Shown: in pieces, positions 40,473-53,051 of the stretch
Numbering within the stretch: position 1 is the first letter of the stretch
Layout of the letters: each line of letters begins with the position of its first letter
Assembly (NCBI GenBank): GCA_009103225.1
Contig: RHPI01001168.1
Location: 125,337 to 189,336, forward strand
Direction: 5' to 3'
Origin: Chlorokybus atmophyticus
Lineage: Eukaryota; Plantae; Mesostigma and Chlorokybus algae
DNA: 64,000 bases
Notes under the pieces: generated by a model
Seen by the model: the letters and a program-made list of their open reading frames with translations, nothing else
What the model was told of the DNA's origin: nothing
Database searches by the model: none
Translations under genes and position numbers: made by a program

Positions 40473-43400
40473 CTAGCTCAGTTCTCCAATCGGGACTATC
40501 GCAAGCCACATCTCGTGCAACAAATCGTAGAGTTGTTGGCTGACACTGATCTGTGCAATGAGACAAAAGTCAACCACGCCTGCAAGTGATGAAGTACATT
40601 GATACTTATTGAATATGAGTGCAAACCCACCTTGTAGGGGACGGGATTTGACAGCCGCAAATGCTCCTCATTGATCGTGTTGAGCGAATTGCGGCAGCGT
40701 TGTTGCAACTCCAGCAGAGACTCTTTTCCAACATTGCCTACTGTACAACCACAATCACATGTGTATGTGTTAAGGCTTACTGTAGCCCACGATTTTGTTT
40801 CCTGACATGCAAAAACAGTGCTTTGATTGCGTACCACGCAAGCACGTTATAGTACGTTACCTGGCCTTCCGTCCCAAACAAGCATGTTGAGTTCTTCCAC
40901 TTTCGAGGGGACCACATATGCATGTATGCTGGCTTGGAAAGGGTGCCTGATCAACACCCTCTCGCCCACCTGCAAGACAACATTATGAAACTGTGTGCCT
41001 CTTAACCTGAGACTCGTGTGTTGGCACTGTGCGCGTGCGCGCACAAACTGTCAAGCAGAGTTTTGACCAGACAAAGTGGGAGGGCTGACTTTGACCCAAA
41101 CAGCATTGCCGACTAGTACAGAGCATACAGGGTGAGGTGACAATGCAGTTGACACGAAGCAACAACTTTCATGTGTGTACCTTTGGATCCGGCTCTGTGA
41201 CGCGCTGCATCAAGTCCGCCACCGCGCGCCCGTCCTTACCTACCCACGCAAGCGCAGCGCATGTTGCAAGGTTATGTATGATCGCACAGTCTATGGTCTG
41301 CTTTACTATAAGTTGAGACTTACCATACAACCGGAAAGCCTTCTTCTTTCCCGGCAGTGTAAGCTGTCACACATGCAATGTGTGTGGTTGTCAACAAGCG
41401 CATGCCTTGCAAACATGTGGAGACATCGCGAGCAACGTGGTGAAACAGCACACAATGTACCCACCCACCCGACCCACTCACCAACCCGCACACACACACA
41501 CCTTTTCCTTGTCTTGCGACACTTTGATGCGCGGCTGTTCGCCGATCTGTACGAGCTTGTAGACGCAGCCCAAGGCCGGCTGCTTGTAGCAAGTCACGAG
41601 GTGGGTGCCGATACCAAAGGCGTCAATCTCGTGACCCTGCAATAATCAATCTTTGATTGAGCAACATAAAAGGGTACAATGTGTGTGTATGTGTGCGTGC
41701 GCGTATGTTGTTGCATGTGCGTGTGCGCCTGCATGTGAGTGCGGAAACTTGCTTACACACGCACACGCACGCACACGGGTGTGCGTGCGTGTGTATGCCA
41801 TGTGTCTCGCACTGCCCGCATGCACATGCCACACGGCAACGCTGGCAATGTGGCTGTTTAACAGAATGAACTCATACACATGTTGAACTTCACACTCCCA
41901 ACACGCTCCCATTACAAACGTGACGTCACTCACCTGCTCATTGAGTGCCACGATCACGTCTTCGCTGAGATCGCTGCTCGCAAAGATCTGCCTCCCCGCA
42001 AACCCCTCCACCCCGAACCCCTCCTCCACCAGCCGAAACACCTGCCGCACCCGTTTCGACAGCCAGGCCAAGTCGCCTGAATCCAGCCTCACACCCACAG
42101 CCTGATACCTGAGCACACATAACGACATCGTCACGTGATGTGGTGTGGCGTGGGAGTGTGGGGGAATGATGAGTGTACCCGAGGGTGTGGAGGGCGAGGG
42201 CGACGGCGCAGAAGTTTGGGGTGCCGGAACGGAGGGTGTCGTACGTGTCGACGAGGGCCAAGAAGGATCTGTGCGCTTGTTGTGGAAACAATCCAACAGC
42301 AATGTCACACACAGAAGCATAGACTACAACATAGACGAGTGTAGAGACACATAAACGTGCTTTGCGAGTTGGGCAGCACATGATACGCATGCCTTACCTG
42401 GGGAAAGCGATAGCATAACTCGCAAATGCGGCTAACTCCGAGTCGTTCGTGTCGTGGAGGTGAGTGGCAAATGCTTTGTGTTCAAGCATCTTGTTGAGCC
42501 AATCGCGTGAAAGCTGCAAGAAGTCCTCGCACACTTCATCGCTGTTTGCTGCACGGCAAGCATCAAGTTTGGCCTCAAGTTGAGAATGGCACAACACTTG
42601 CACAGACAATGACCAGAGTCCGACCCGATGATTGTAGTAACCTGGCCTGTAACTGCGTGCGTGCGTGTATGTGTGCATGTGTGTGTATGTGCGCATGCAA
42701 CCACGCACTCTCACAACATCAGCTTGATTCAACTTGCACACAAACACCCATGCATGCTCATTGCGACCGTGTGTGTATGTGTTCTCACGCTATGCGCATA
42801 CGTGTGTACAAAGAGCTTGCTTCCAAGCAATATCTCACCATAACGTAAGGACCGAACTGTAACTGCATCAAAGTTTACAAACGAGCTGACAAATGCATGC
42901 GCGTGCGTTCCCTTCACCGGTATGTCGAACAGCTTGCCGGCCTGCACATTGCTGCGACGCAAGTGAACGAAGTGTGCTTTTCATGTGTGAGTTCGGTATT
43001 GAAACACGATACACACTTGAAGAGGCACACACAAAGTGCACCTTGTGGAGTCGAAGAGCCCCAGCATAGCGTAGCGCGAAGCTGAGATGCCACCATCTGG
43101 ACCCTGGGTATGAACAGCCCTGTCATTGGAAGCAAGCTACTACAGTGTAGCACATTCACGACTATGCATACGCAACACAACGCGGAAGCAGCAGGACATA
43201 CTACCCAAAGGCACGCGCATGCATGCACACGCCTTGAGAGACAGGATTGCTGAGCTCTTGGTCGTGACTGCGCATGCACACGCACACAACTACTTACATA
43301 CGTACGTACTGAGCGCTTGTTGTATATTTTGGAAGTAAACTAAAGTACAGGCGGAAAAAGTGGCAAGGTAAAGATCACTTACTTGCGCCCGTCGCAGCCC

Positions 43401-43827
43401 AAACTCAACCAGCGTCTTGTCGTCTCCAGCAGCGCGTCGGTGCCGCACGGCGTTGGTGGCAAGCAGCGACGGGTAATTGATCAGAGTCAGAAGAGTGGTC
43501 TCCAAGATTTGAGAAATCTGAGCACAGACATGCAAACGTACATCAACGCGCAAAAGCGTACACGCACGCATATGTGCACACACACAGACACACGCACAAG
43601 TGTGTGTGCGTTTGTTTGCATGCATGTACGTGTATGCGCACACGCGTGCGCGCGTCAACACGCGCGCATGCATGCACATGTACTCGGACACAGACACGCA
43701 CACAGACACAAAATAGAGCAACGCACGACCATAGCAGCACACCAACAACATTAGTCAACTTACACACTGCCCAAATAGGCTTGCAAGAGACGCTGATATT
43801 GTCTCTTGCAAGCCTTGCAACCACGCC

Positions 43828-43868
<41 letters not shown>

Positions 43869-44830
43869 CTCACCAGCAGCGGCCCTTCAACACGTATAAT
43901 AGGCACATGCGGGAACACGACCGTTCCTTCCGGTACAGCCCACATTTGCACTCGTGAGCAGTCGAGTTCTCTCAGGTAGTCCCAGAACCCCTCCTCCTCC
44001 GCGGCCTCCGACACCACCGTCTTGAGGTAGCTTATGTCCTCGCTTGTGAAATGAAACGAAGCCACAAAAGAGAGGACTTCGGAGAGACCGGCGAAGACGG
44101 TGAACTCGCCGTTGAAAGGAGGCTCGCGGAAGTAAAGGTCATAGCTGCGTACAGATCACTTACATTTCACACGTCCTTGCACATGCACACGCGTGCACGC
44201 AAATGCAAATGCAAACGCGCGTGCACACGCATGCACAAGTACAAGCACAAGCACACACACTGTGTGGCTTACACGCACGCAAGCACGCACACTATTGTTA
44301 GAGTAGTATTCAGTCGAGTCTCGCAGAAATGCTGTGCCTCAACGCTGGCACAGCATTTTTGGTGGGACCGACAATCAACTTGCATGAAGACTGGTTGGTA
44401 AGCCTACAATGCAGGAGTGAGCAACAGTCCAGCTGTACACATCTGTGATCAGCAGTACATGAAAACAGTACAACGCATTGTGCTGAAGCGTGAGTAGTTG
44501 AATTCCGCTTGCACGCACGCCTGTTGTTGATCACTTACACAGCTGGCTCGTCCGCCTTGCCGCTCTTCCAGTAAGCGTACGCCATAGTCAGCTCATACAT
44601 GTCTGAAGCACAAGCACATTGCCGAGAAAGTAATAAACAACCAACTCTCAAGCATGGCTCAGTACAATCACACTAACAGACAGAGCAGAGCAGCACATGC
44701 TTGACACTGCATGCATGCACTGCTGCCATGCAACCAGCCTCCCTCCCTGCTTGCCTGTGAGCAAGGGCCCCACGAGGCTGTTGGTGGGTCTGGGCAAGGA
44801 GGGTGTTGAGGACGACGTGGTGGCGGCCAT
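40473..44830 (-). CDS. NAPRT: Nicotinate phosphoribosyltransferase, multi-exon
   Basis: LLT|[12 protein letters not shown]; [11 protein letters not shown]; [15 protein letters not shown]; [11 protein letters not shown]; [13 protein letters not shown]; GTHAHAFV; LVDTYDTL; [10 protein letters not shown]; FASSDL; [13 protein letters not shown]. Confidence 0.96.
43826..43870. repeat. (AAC)n microsatellite in an NAPRT intron
   Basis: About 14 tandem aac units. Confidence 0.9.
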
Positions 44831-45809
44831 GGCGGCGGCGGCGGAGGAGGAGGAGACTGAGGGGGGTGTCGCCGCATGCGGTGGCTTGCAGCTCACACCC
44901 TGTACAGTGTGCATGTGCTAGTAGTGCGTGTTTTCTGGTCGTTGTGCTGATGTGGACGGGTATGCTGCGGGCTGGAGTGCCACGTGGCATGCCAGCCCGC
45001 CAACTTGAAGGCTATCTGGGCTATTACATGTACTATGCAGCACCCTTACACCACAACATTGTGAACTTTTGTGTTCTTTAATCTTCTTGATTTGTATGTT
45101 CATACTATTTATTTTGCTGGTAGAATTTTGGATCCACATGTCAATTGCCGCACACGAAGCGTAAGCAATAGCATTTCCAAATGACAACCTCAAAAAATGG
45201 GGAGAACATCATTGCAAGTTGCAAACCCTTCCGTATGCACTTGCAATCTACATTTCTTGTATAAGTACTTAATCTTTGATTTCCCTATGTTAACGATAAG
45301 CGGCACAAGTATTGAAAGCATGCTAAAATTAGCTTCGAGTTGAGAAATAAAAACCGGCTTTGATACGATTGTCAGTACAATTATTGATGATATCTTTATG
45401 CAGCGCTGCAAAACCTTAGCCATTTAACACCTTTGCGTACAATCAATTGCTCATGCTTACATATAAATTATGTACTACTGTTCATGATATGTACAAATAA
45501 TGCAAGCGACATAATACGTCCAACAACCATTGATGTGTTGTACTTGGTTTGAAGGATCCATGTACAAATACTATGCAATCCTTTGCGCATTACACCAAAG
45601 CTATACTTCAACATAACCTTGGAAGCCAACTGGTACAATGATGACAATATCGTTGTACGGTTGATGGGTGGCCCATACGCAACTATCGTAATATACAACA
45701 TCTTTAAATACACTGTACACACATACGTACATGAGCTGCACATACGATTTTAGCCTAAATGTTCGTCATATGCAAGTCAGCCTTTTATATTACCTTGATT
45801 GCATAATCG

Positions 45810-48800
45810 TTACCAATCGTGCATATCGAGTAGACACCATGCTGCAAGCATGTGCAACTCTTGGAACTCCTTCATGTTTTCCTGCCATTCACTTCATGTC
45901 ACTACACATTCACCAATGTCCACATGACACTCAAAGCTTGTTGCACTGCTCTGCATGCACGACAAACTACCTGGAGGTTTTCCATTGTCACATAGAAACG
46001 GAAGAGCGTGTCTCGCGGCCATACGGCCTCCTCTTCCACGTTTGTTATTGCCCACTCCAGCTGCCTCAAAATCTGAGGCCTGCAGAAAAAGGGCAACCAA
46101 CACAACATGAACACATGACCACAGCACCAACACATGACTCAAATGAGATCAGAAGCTTGTCACGCGAAGTCAGTAAGCACAATGTAAAAACTCACCACTC
46201 CTCCTTTTCGTTCTTTTCTGCGAGCTGCGCCGCGGCTGCAGCGGCCCGATTCGGCAAGTCTTCAAATAGAGTCACGACGCTATTCTTGCGTGATGAGTAC
46301 CTTGAGCTGTTAACAGAAGAAAAGAGAACGAAAGAAAGTAAGAAACCCAACTTGCAGCTGAGATACTGAGATACTTTGTACACAGTGCACGGCATGTTGT
46401 TTTCAACACGTCTCGTGCAAAGGACTTACATGTGTTGAAGCAACTGGAGTTGACTTCACATTGTGTGACAGCAAATGTTACATGCCATCACTCTGACACA
46501 ACAGCAAGTCTCACGCACAAGCATCATTTCTCATACGAACCCAGCCACACCACAATACAACAACACCAGAACAGCATGCATCCCATCAGTCCGTCACCTG
46601 TGCTCGCCGTCCCCGTCGCGTCCCGTCGCCACCTCCCCCTCCTCGTCCAGTGCGGGCACGCCTCCACCAAGCGCGGTCGGCGGCATCGGCAGCGGCGGGA
46701 CAACGTGCGCGTGGCCGTCACCGCCGCCCGCACCGTGACCCGGCAGACCCACCTGAGAGCATGGTCACAAGCATAAGACAAAGGTGTTATTGCGTTGCTT
46801 GTTGTAATGACACTGTGTTGTAAAGTGCAATAACAGGCAACAGTACACCATATTGCTGCATTGACAACATTTTGTTGCGATGTCGCTAGTTGCAACAAGT
46901 AGCAACAGAACAACAAAGTTGCCGTCACGGTAACAACACCAAGTTGTTTATGCTTGTAAACGCAAAACACGAGCACGCAACAACATGGTGTGATCACAAC
47001 AACACAACGCTTACTATGGCCCCAGAGCGGTGATGCGCAAGTTCGCGTCGCTGGGCCATCCAATGATTGTAGTCCATGACTTCGACATTGTTGTTGTTGT
47101 TGCTGTTATTGTTGTTGGTGGTGTGGTTGTTGCTATGGCTTGTGCCCATCAAGTCCTCATCGTCCCCGCCCCACGCATCCCCGCCACCGTGCGTCCCAGG
47201 GCTGCTACCGGCACTCGACGGACGACTAGAGTTCCTTGAGTCTGCCCTTGATGACGCCCTCGACACCGACGAGTTGACTAAACCAACAAACATCAGCTCC
47301 ATTCAACAACAACAACAACAACATCAACAACGACAACTTGATATTAAGATGAAGTGCACGCTGTAACGAACTTACAGGAGCCTCTCTTCTTGCCGCTGGC
47401 GCTCATGTGGTCGTCATCTTGGCCCATGTCCATCTTGTCCATAGCTCCTCCTTCAATGATAGCTTCCGCCGCAGCAGCCTGGACACGAGAAACTGTAACT
47501 GCAATGCAACACACCCCCACACACACCTACACACCACCACACAACATGCGAGGGGTCACTCACGCGGGCAGCGGCGGCGGCGGCGGCAGCGGCGGCCTCC
47601 TGCGCGGCGGCAGCAGCAGGGTTGGAGTTCATGGTGGATGCTTTGCGGTTCTTGTTTGTTGAGCTGCCTCCACGCTGACTGGATTTCAATGTCTCCTGCA
47701 TGTGTGTGTGTGTGCGTGCGTGCGTGCGTCCGTGCAAAACGCAGCATGTTGTCATGGATGCATGGCTGACTACACCCTAGTGCGTGTGTTGTGTGTGGTT
47801 TTTGTGATTGCGCGGACAGAGGCCAATATGCGATTGCTGCGACTCCGCTGGACGCTCGATCACGCAACACGAAAAGGTTGGACCGAATGTCCATGCGCTT
47901 ATGCAACGAAGCATGTGTGTGCATCAAGAGGACACAACTTGGTAGTTAGCAAAACCATCCTACAACCATCATCAAACCCAACACCAACACACACCTTGAC
48001 AGCATTGGCAGCCTCTTCAGCCTCCATCTGCTGCATCTGTGCCTTCTTCTTGTTCTGTCAGCACAGAGCAAACAGATACAACACATACTCAACATATGAC
48101 TCTATCTATGAACTTGATGAATTGCAACAACAACAACATGGACACAACTGACAACATGAGAGTTGAATGAGCGTACCTCTTTCCTCTGCTGTCTCGTAAT
48201 CTCCTCCAGCTCCTGCGCAACAGAGCTGAAGTGGCGCACCATCACGCCAACAAATATGTTGCGGAAAACAAAGCCTCCCACCCAAATCCACGACACGAAG
48301 TACGCCGCCACCACCGCCCCGTTGACCTACACACGAGTGTGATCATCAGGCTAAGTTGTTGTCAATATGGTTGTTGTTGCTGTTGTCGTTGACGACGAGG
48401 TCGCAGATGATGATGTTATGTCTCACCTTTGTTTTTACTTCCACCAAGAACCCGTACCAATGGTCAAAGGTGAGAAGCTCGAACAGCGTGGGGAACATGA
48501 ACTGGAAGCTTGCCAACCTATACTGTGAGCACAACATCAAGTAGTACAGTATTAGTAACTGCCACAGTCCATCACTCTGTATCTATAACAACGTCAGACA
48601 CGCTGATTGCTTCAGTGACTTGTTGTTGTGTCCAACTCTGCTTCTCTTACCTGAGACTGGAGCGTTGGGTCCCTGCTGCGGACATAACCAACAAACAGCA
48701 TGACGCCGAAAACAGCGTAGATGTAAAGCACGATTGCCAGCAGCATCATGATGAAAGTCATAGACTGGAACGCCTCCCAGAGGGTCCTCACGATCACACG

Positions 48801-50933
48801 CAGACTCTGCACGTGCAACACCACACATGAGGCACATGCTGCGCGCTTGTGTCTGTGGGCATGTGTGTACTTGTGCAGTAACATGGCAACACGCGCGTGT
48901 AAACGTGCACGTGCATGTTGGTATTGATGTGTGCTTGTTGGCGTGTGTGTATTTGTGTGTTGGTGTATGCACGCAAACTCACCCGAAACCTGGCAATGAT
49001 CTTCAATACTCGCAACACCCGAAAGATCTTGAACTACACGCAACAACAAGTCAGCCAAGGCTCATGAAGACACTTGTCTACAACATCGGAGTGTCACATA
49101 CATAGGCGGCGATGCCTCCCGAGGACGAGCTCGAGGACGTGATGAACAGCGTGAACACTTCGGGGACGGCGGAGAGCGCGGTGACAGTTGCGTCGAAGAC
49201 GTTCCAACCGTCGCGCCAGAAAGCCTTGAACGAGTCCGTCATCTTTAACGCGAGCTCAAGAATGAACGCGAGTAAGATCAAGATGTCCAAGATTCTGAAC
49301 ACCTGAGAGGTGTGATCAAATGTGAGCGACAACATAGCAGGGTGATGATGGAGTTGGTGGTGATGAAGCTGATGCTGGTGGAGAATGACAATGATGATGA
49401 TGATGATGATGATGAGAATGTTGACGATGATGATACTGATTGATTCAGCGATGATGTTGCTGATGATTAGCATCACCATCAACAAGAATATCAGCCACAA
49501 CAGCAACAACGACAACAACAACATTAACGGCAGCAACACTTGCTTGCAGGGCGGTTGAGTGTCTGGATGCGTGTAGCTCAGTCTGGCACGAGACCACGAC
49601 GGCGTTGAGAACGATCATCCACGTGACCGTCGCGTTGAAGTGCCGGTGTCCCGTCATCCAATGCGCCCATAGATCGATCGGCACCTTGAGAGTGGAAAGA
49701 AGCGTTGGTCTCATAGGGCGATGGCTGCAGACTCACAAGCTTGCAACCCTATACTTATCACTGGACGGTTGGTAAAGGCGAGATAGCAGCTAACCAATCT
49801 GTACACAGAAAATAACAAGCATACAGATATATACAACTACTGGTCAACATGCACGCGCCAGCAGGCACGAGAGAGCATGTGTGTACGTGTGCGTGTGCGT
49901 GGGACGTCACATGTACGCACGCATGCATCAAATAACTGGCTGCAGGGATGCAGAAACATACAGACTTGACACATATACAATCACACAGACAGCTCCATCC
50001 CCTCACCCAATGACTCTTCCTCAGTCTCGCAAACCTCCTCGTTGCCTCCAGATCAAAGCCGATCCCTCCTCCTCCTTCGCCATCCTCCCCTCCGCCCCCA
50101 TCTTCCCCTCCCCCGCTACCGCCCCCTCCCCCCCCTCCCCCGCTGCGACGGAACAGCTTGAAGTCGACCAGCTGACGGGGACGCTCGCGGAGCTGGTGGG
50201 AGAAGGCGTCGGGGTCGAGCATCAGGTCGCGACTGCAGTGAGATGTTGGTAACATGCATCTCGTGTTGTTGACATCTTGTATGGGCAAATACATACATAC
50301 CGCATGCCGCTGAGTACACATGTTACATACTTGGTGATTTGCTTATAGTGTGTATTTTACACGCGAGAATACTTGCACAACAAGTGCAGGGCGAATCATC
50401 ACGCAAGCACTGCGTTGGCTACATGTCACACTTAGGTGTCTTATACAGATTGATGCATGTGAGTCGCTATTATGGGAGGACTAAGAGCACCACTCATTGC
50501 GTGCCTTGTGAATGCGGGGGCGATGTTGGGGTCACCCACGACGAGGCTCTTCTCGGCGAGTTGAAACTCCTCAATGAGGCGCCCACGGAAGAGCGCTGTC
50601 CTCTTTGCCAAGTCCTGATTGAGAGAGCAGTAAGTGTTGTTGTTGCATGCGTCACATATGTGGAGATTGCAATCCTGTGTACTAGTTGGATCAGCAACAT
50701 GTGGCAATGTCAAACTGACTCCAACAGCAGCAGTTGATGTCAGTAGCTGTAGTGAAATGTTCGGTTGAGGTATGCCTCTAAAGGATGACAACTTCGCGGA
50801 GAACCGTTGATCTTCATAACTACTTATTTCATGTGATGTTAACAGAAGCCAACAGCGCGCCTGCTCATACCTGCAGCGTGCCGGCAGGCGAGAACCCCGC
50901 CGCAGCGGCCCCAAAGGCTGCCGCCGCCGCCAT
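45810..50933 (-). CDS. CATSPER2: CATSPER2-like 6-TM cation channel subunit, multi-exon
   Basis: N-term FRGRLIEEFQL, QLVDF, LLSRL, LWAHW; S2-S3 FILELALK..FWRDGWNVFD; S4 FKIFRVLRVLKIIARFR; S5 SMTFIMMLL; pore LTFDHWY; S6 FVFRNIFVGVMV; C-term VWPRDTLFRFY..ENLQENMKEFQEL. These match recalled human CATSPER2 motifs (RSRLIDTF, LLSRL, SMTFLLMLL, TLDHWY, VWPRDSLFRY). Confidence 0.88.
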
Positions 50934-51579
50934 GTTTGAGCAATCAGTTCAGGGCCCTGGAGTCAAGAGATATTCCAACCACCTACAACTCCTCCACCAT
51001 GAAGCAATCGCCGCCGCCGCCGTGGGCCAGGCCTGGCGCTATGGGCGGGTTCACTGAACCACAGTGAGCTGCATCTGATCCATCTCAACCAACACTGAGC
51101 CAGATCAAGCACAAGCTGATCTTCACTAAACTGCGATGAGGCCGTATCGATATCAAAAAGGCCGGCTTACCGCATGCTCAAGAGTGGTCACGTGACTGTA
51201 GCGCGGCGTCTAGCCCGGACCAGCGCATACAAGTGTGCCTCACGTGACTTGTTCGCGTCCTGCTCTAAAGGGCTAATTACGGAGAGATTTTCCTTCACAC
51301 TCTTGGTGGTGACTTTGGCGGATCTCACACACATACCGTGCCGCTTCAGTGCGCTTGCCATACCTGTTTCTGGTTTTGGTGCTCCCATCTGTGTGTTGTA
51401 CCGCGCAGCGTCGTGGTTCGGGAAGCTGCGTGCTGTGGTTGATACACACAAGGGGTGATAGGGCGGTGGTGGTGGTGTTAATCTTGAGGTGGTGGGTACA
51501 GCTGTCTGCTGTTCGCCATGAGTAACTCGCCAGGGAAGGCCGCAGGGAGGAGGCCAGGACTGACTGAAGACTTCTGGAA

Positions 51580-52960
51580 ATGGCGGGTAAGTACCAACGC
51601 CACCAAGGTCATTGTCCAGATGCAGACTGGACCGGCACGCATGTAGGCTGGGTCGACGAACACCTCATGGTTCTGGCACACTATTCGCCAATGCCAACAC
51701 GTGTGCTCAGACAAGTATCACGCAATCAGTTCGTGCAGTCACTGTTCGGTGCACGCGAGTCTTGCGTGTCAAGAGACAGCCCCTCACTCATACCAGAATA
51801 GCAATATGTGAATCAGATGATACAATAAGAAACCTTGGCAAAGTGCATTGCACAGTGTTTCACAAGAAAGCTTCAAATGTGCACACATGAAGATGGCAAA
51901 GCACTCACCACACGTACCACGTACAGATAGAGCGGGAGGAGTCTCAGTTTTACAAGACGCTGGCTCAGCAGTTCAGTCCCCCTGCACGGATGCGTCCCGT
52001 CCCAAACGCACTCGGAACGGTGTCTTTCCTTCCTCAGGGCGGTCAGCAGCTCGACCGCAGGGCCTTGATCGGGACTTTCCGGAAGGCGGACTTGCGCGAC
52101 CTGCTGATGATGAGTGGAGGAGGGGAGCTGCTGATGGATAAGGGAAAAGAGGAGGGTAAGGGGGAGAAAGAGGGGGAGAAAGACGGTGAGAGCAGGCGGG
52201 CAAAGAGCGTGAGGAGCGATCCAAACAGGAGTGAAAGTCAACACAACTCATTCTTGGGTATGCCGGGCATCGTCCAAGCGCCAGCGAGGTGAGACACAGT
52301 GGCTGCTTGTGTGTGCGTATGCCATCGTTGTGCGCGTCGTGTTGTACCACCTCAGAATGGCGAGTGCACACGGTGATGATTTGTGCATGCACTTGTCAAA
52401 GGGGTGGTCACAGTGCATGCCAAGCACTGTGTACACAAACAGGCACACACATGACTTGCGCATGCACACATGTGCTCGCGCTGACACGTGCGCATGTGAC
52501 GCACACACAAACACGTGTGCAGTATACCTTACTGCATTTGACTAGTTCAAACAGCTTGAACGCAGTACTATGAACTGACCCAGCAATTGACCAACAGGCC
52601 AAAGTCCCTGCGCTCCCAGTCCATGAGGTCTCAGTCAATGAGTGTCGGCGGCGGGGCAGCAAAGTCCAAGACCGCATCGGTGGCATCAAGAGGGTCTTCG
52701 CACTACCCGTCCACTCCCTCTGCAACAAGCGAAACCAGCCTCACTGAGAGCGCCGTCCTGCGTAGGGTTGAACTCCTGGAACAGGTGAGCTACACGCACA
52801 GAGTGTACAGGATCCAAACACAACTGCAAGCAGTGGATGTTAATTCGAAGTTTGGTGGTTGTGTGTGCAGCACTTGGAAGAAGAGAAGCGCGCAAGGATT
52901 GAAGCGGAGAAGAGGTTGGACGAGTTTCGAAAAGAACTCAGTCGAGCTAGCATTGCATAA
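51580..52960 (+). CDS. Hypothetical protein with Ser-rich region and C-terminal coiled coil
   Basis: In-phase GT-AG exons 52038-52289, 52598-52785 and 52871-52960 (..LRRVELLEQ|HLEEEKRARIEAEKRLDEFRKELS). 5' exons are uncertain. Confidence 0.55.
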
Positions 52961-53051
52961 GGGTATACACAGCATACTGTATAGACACAATACACACAAG
53001 CACGCACACACAATCCCGCCGCAAGTGATCTGCAGTCCCATTTTCTATTAA

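Noticed and set aside
45000-45800. AT-richer block between NAPRT and CATSPER2
   Set aside because: No TIR, TSD or coding motif seen; treated as promoter/3' UTR spacer.
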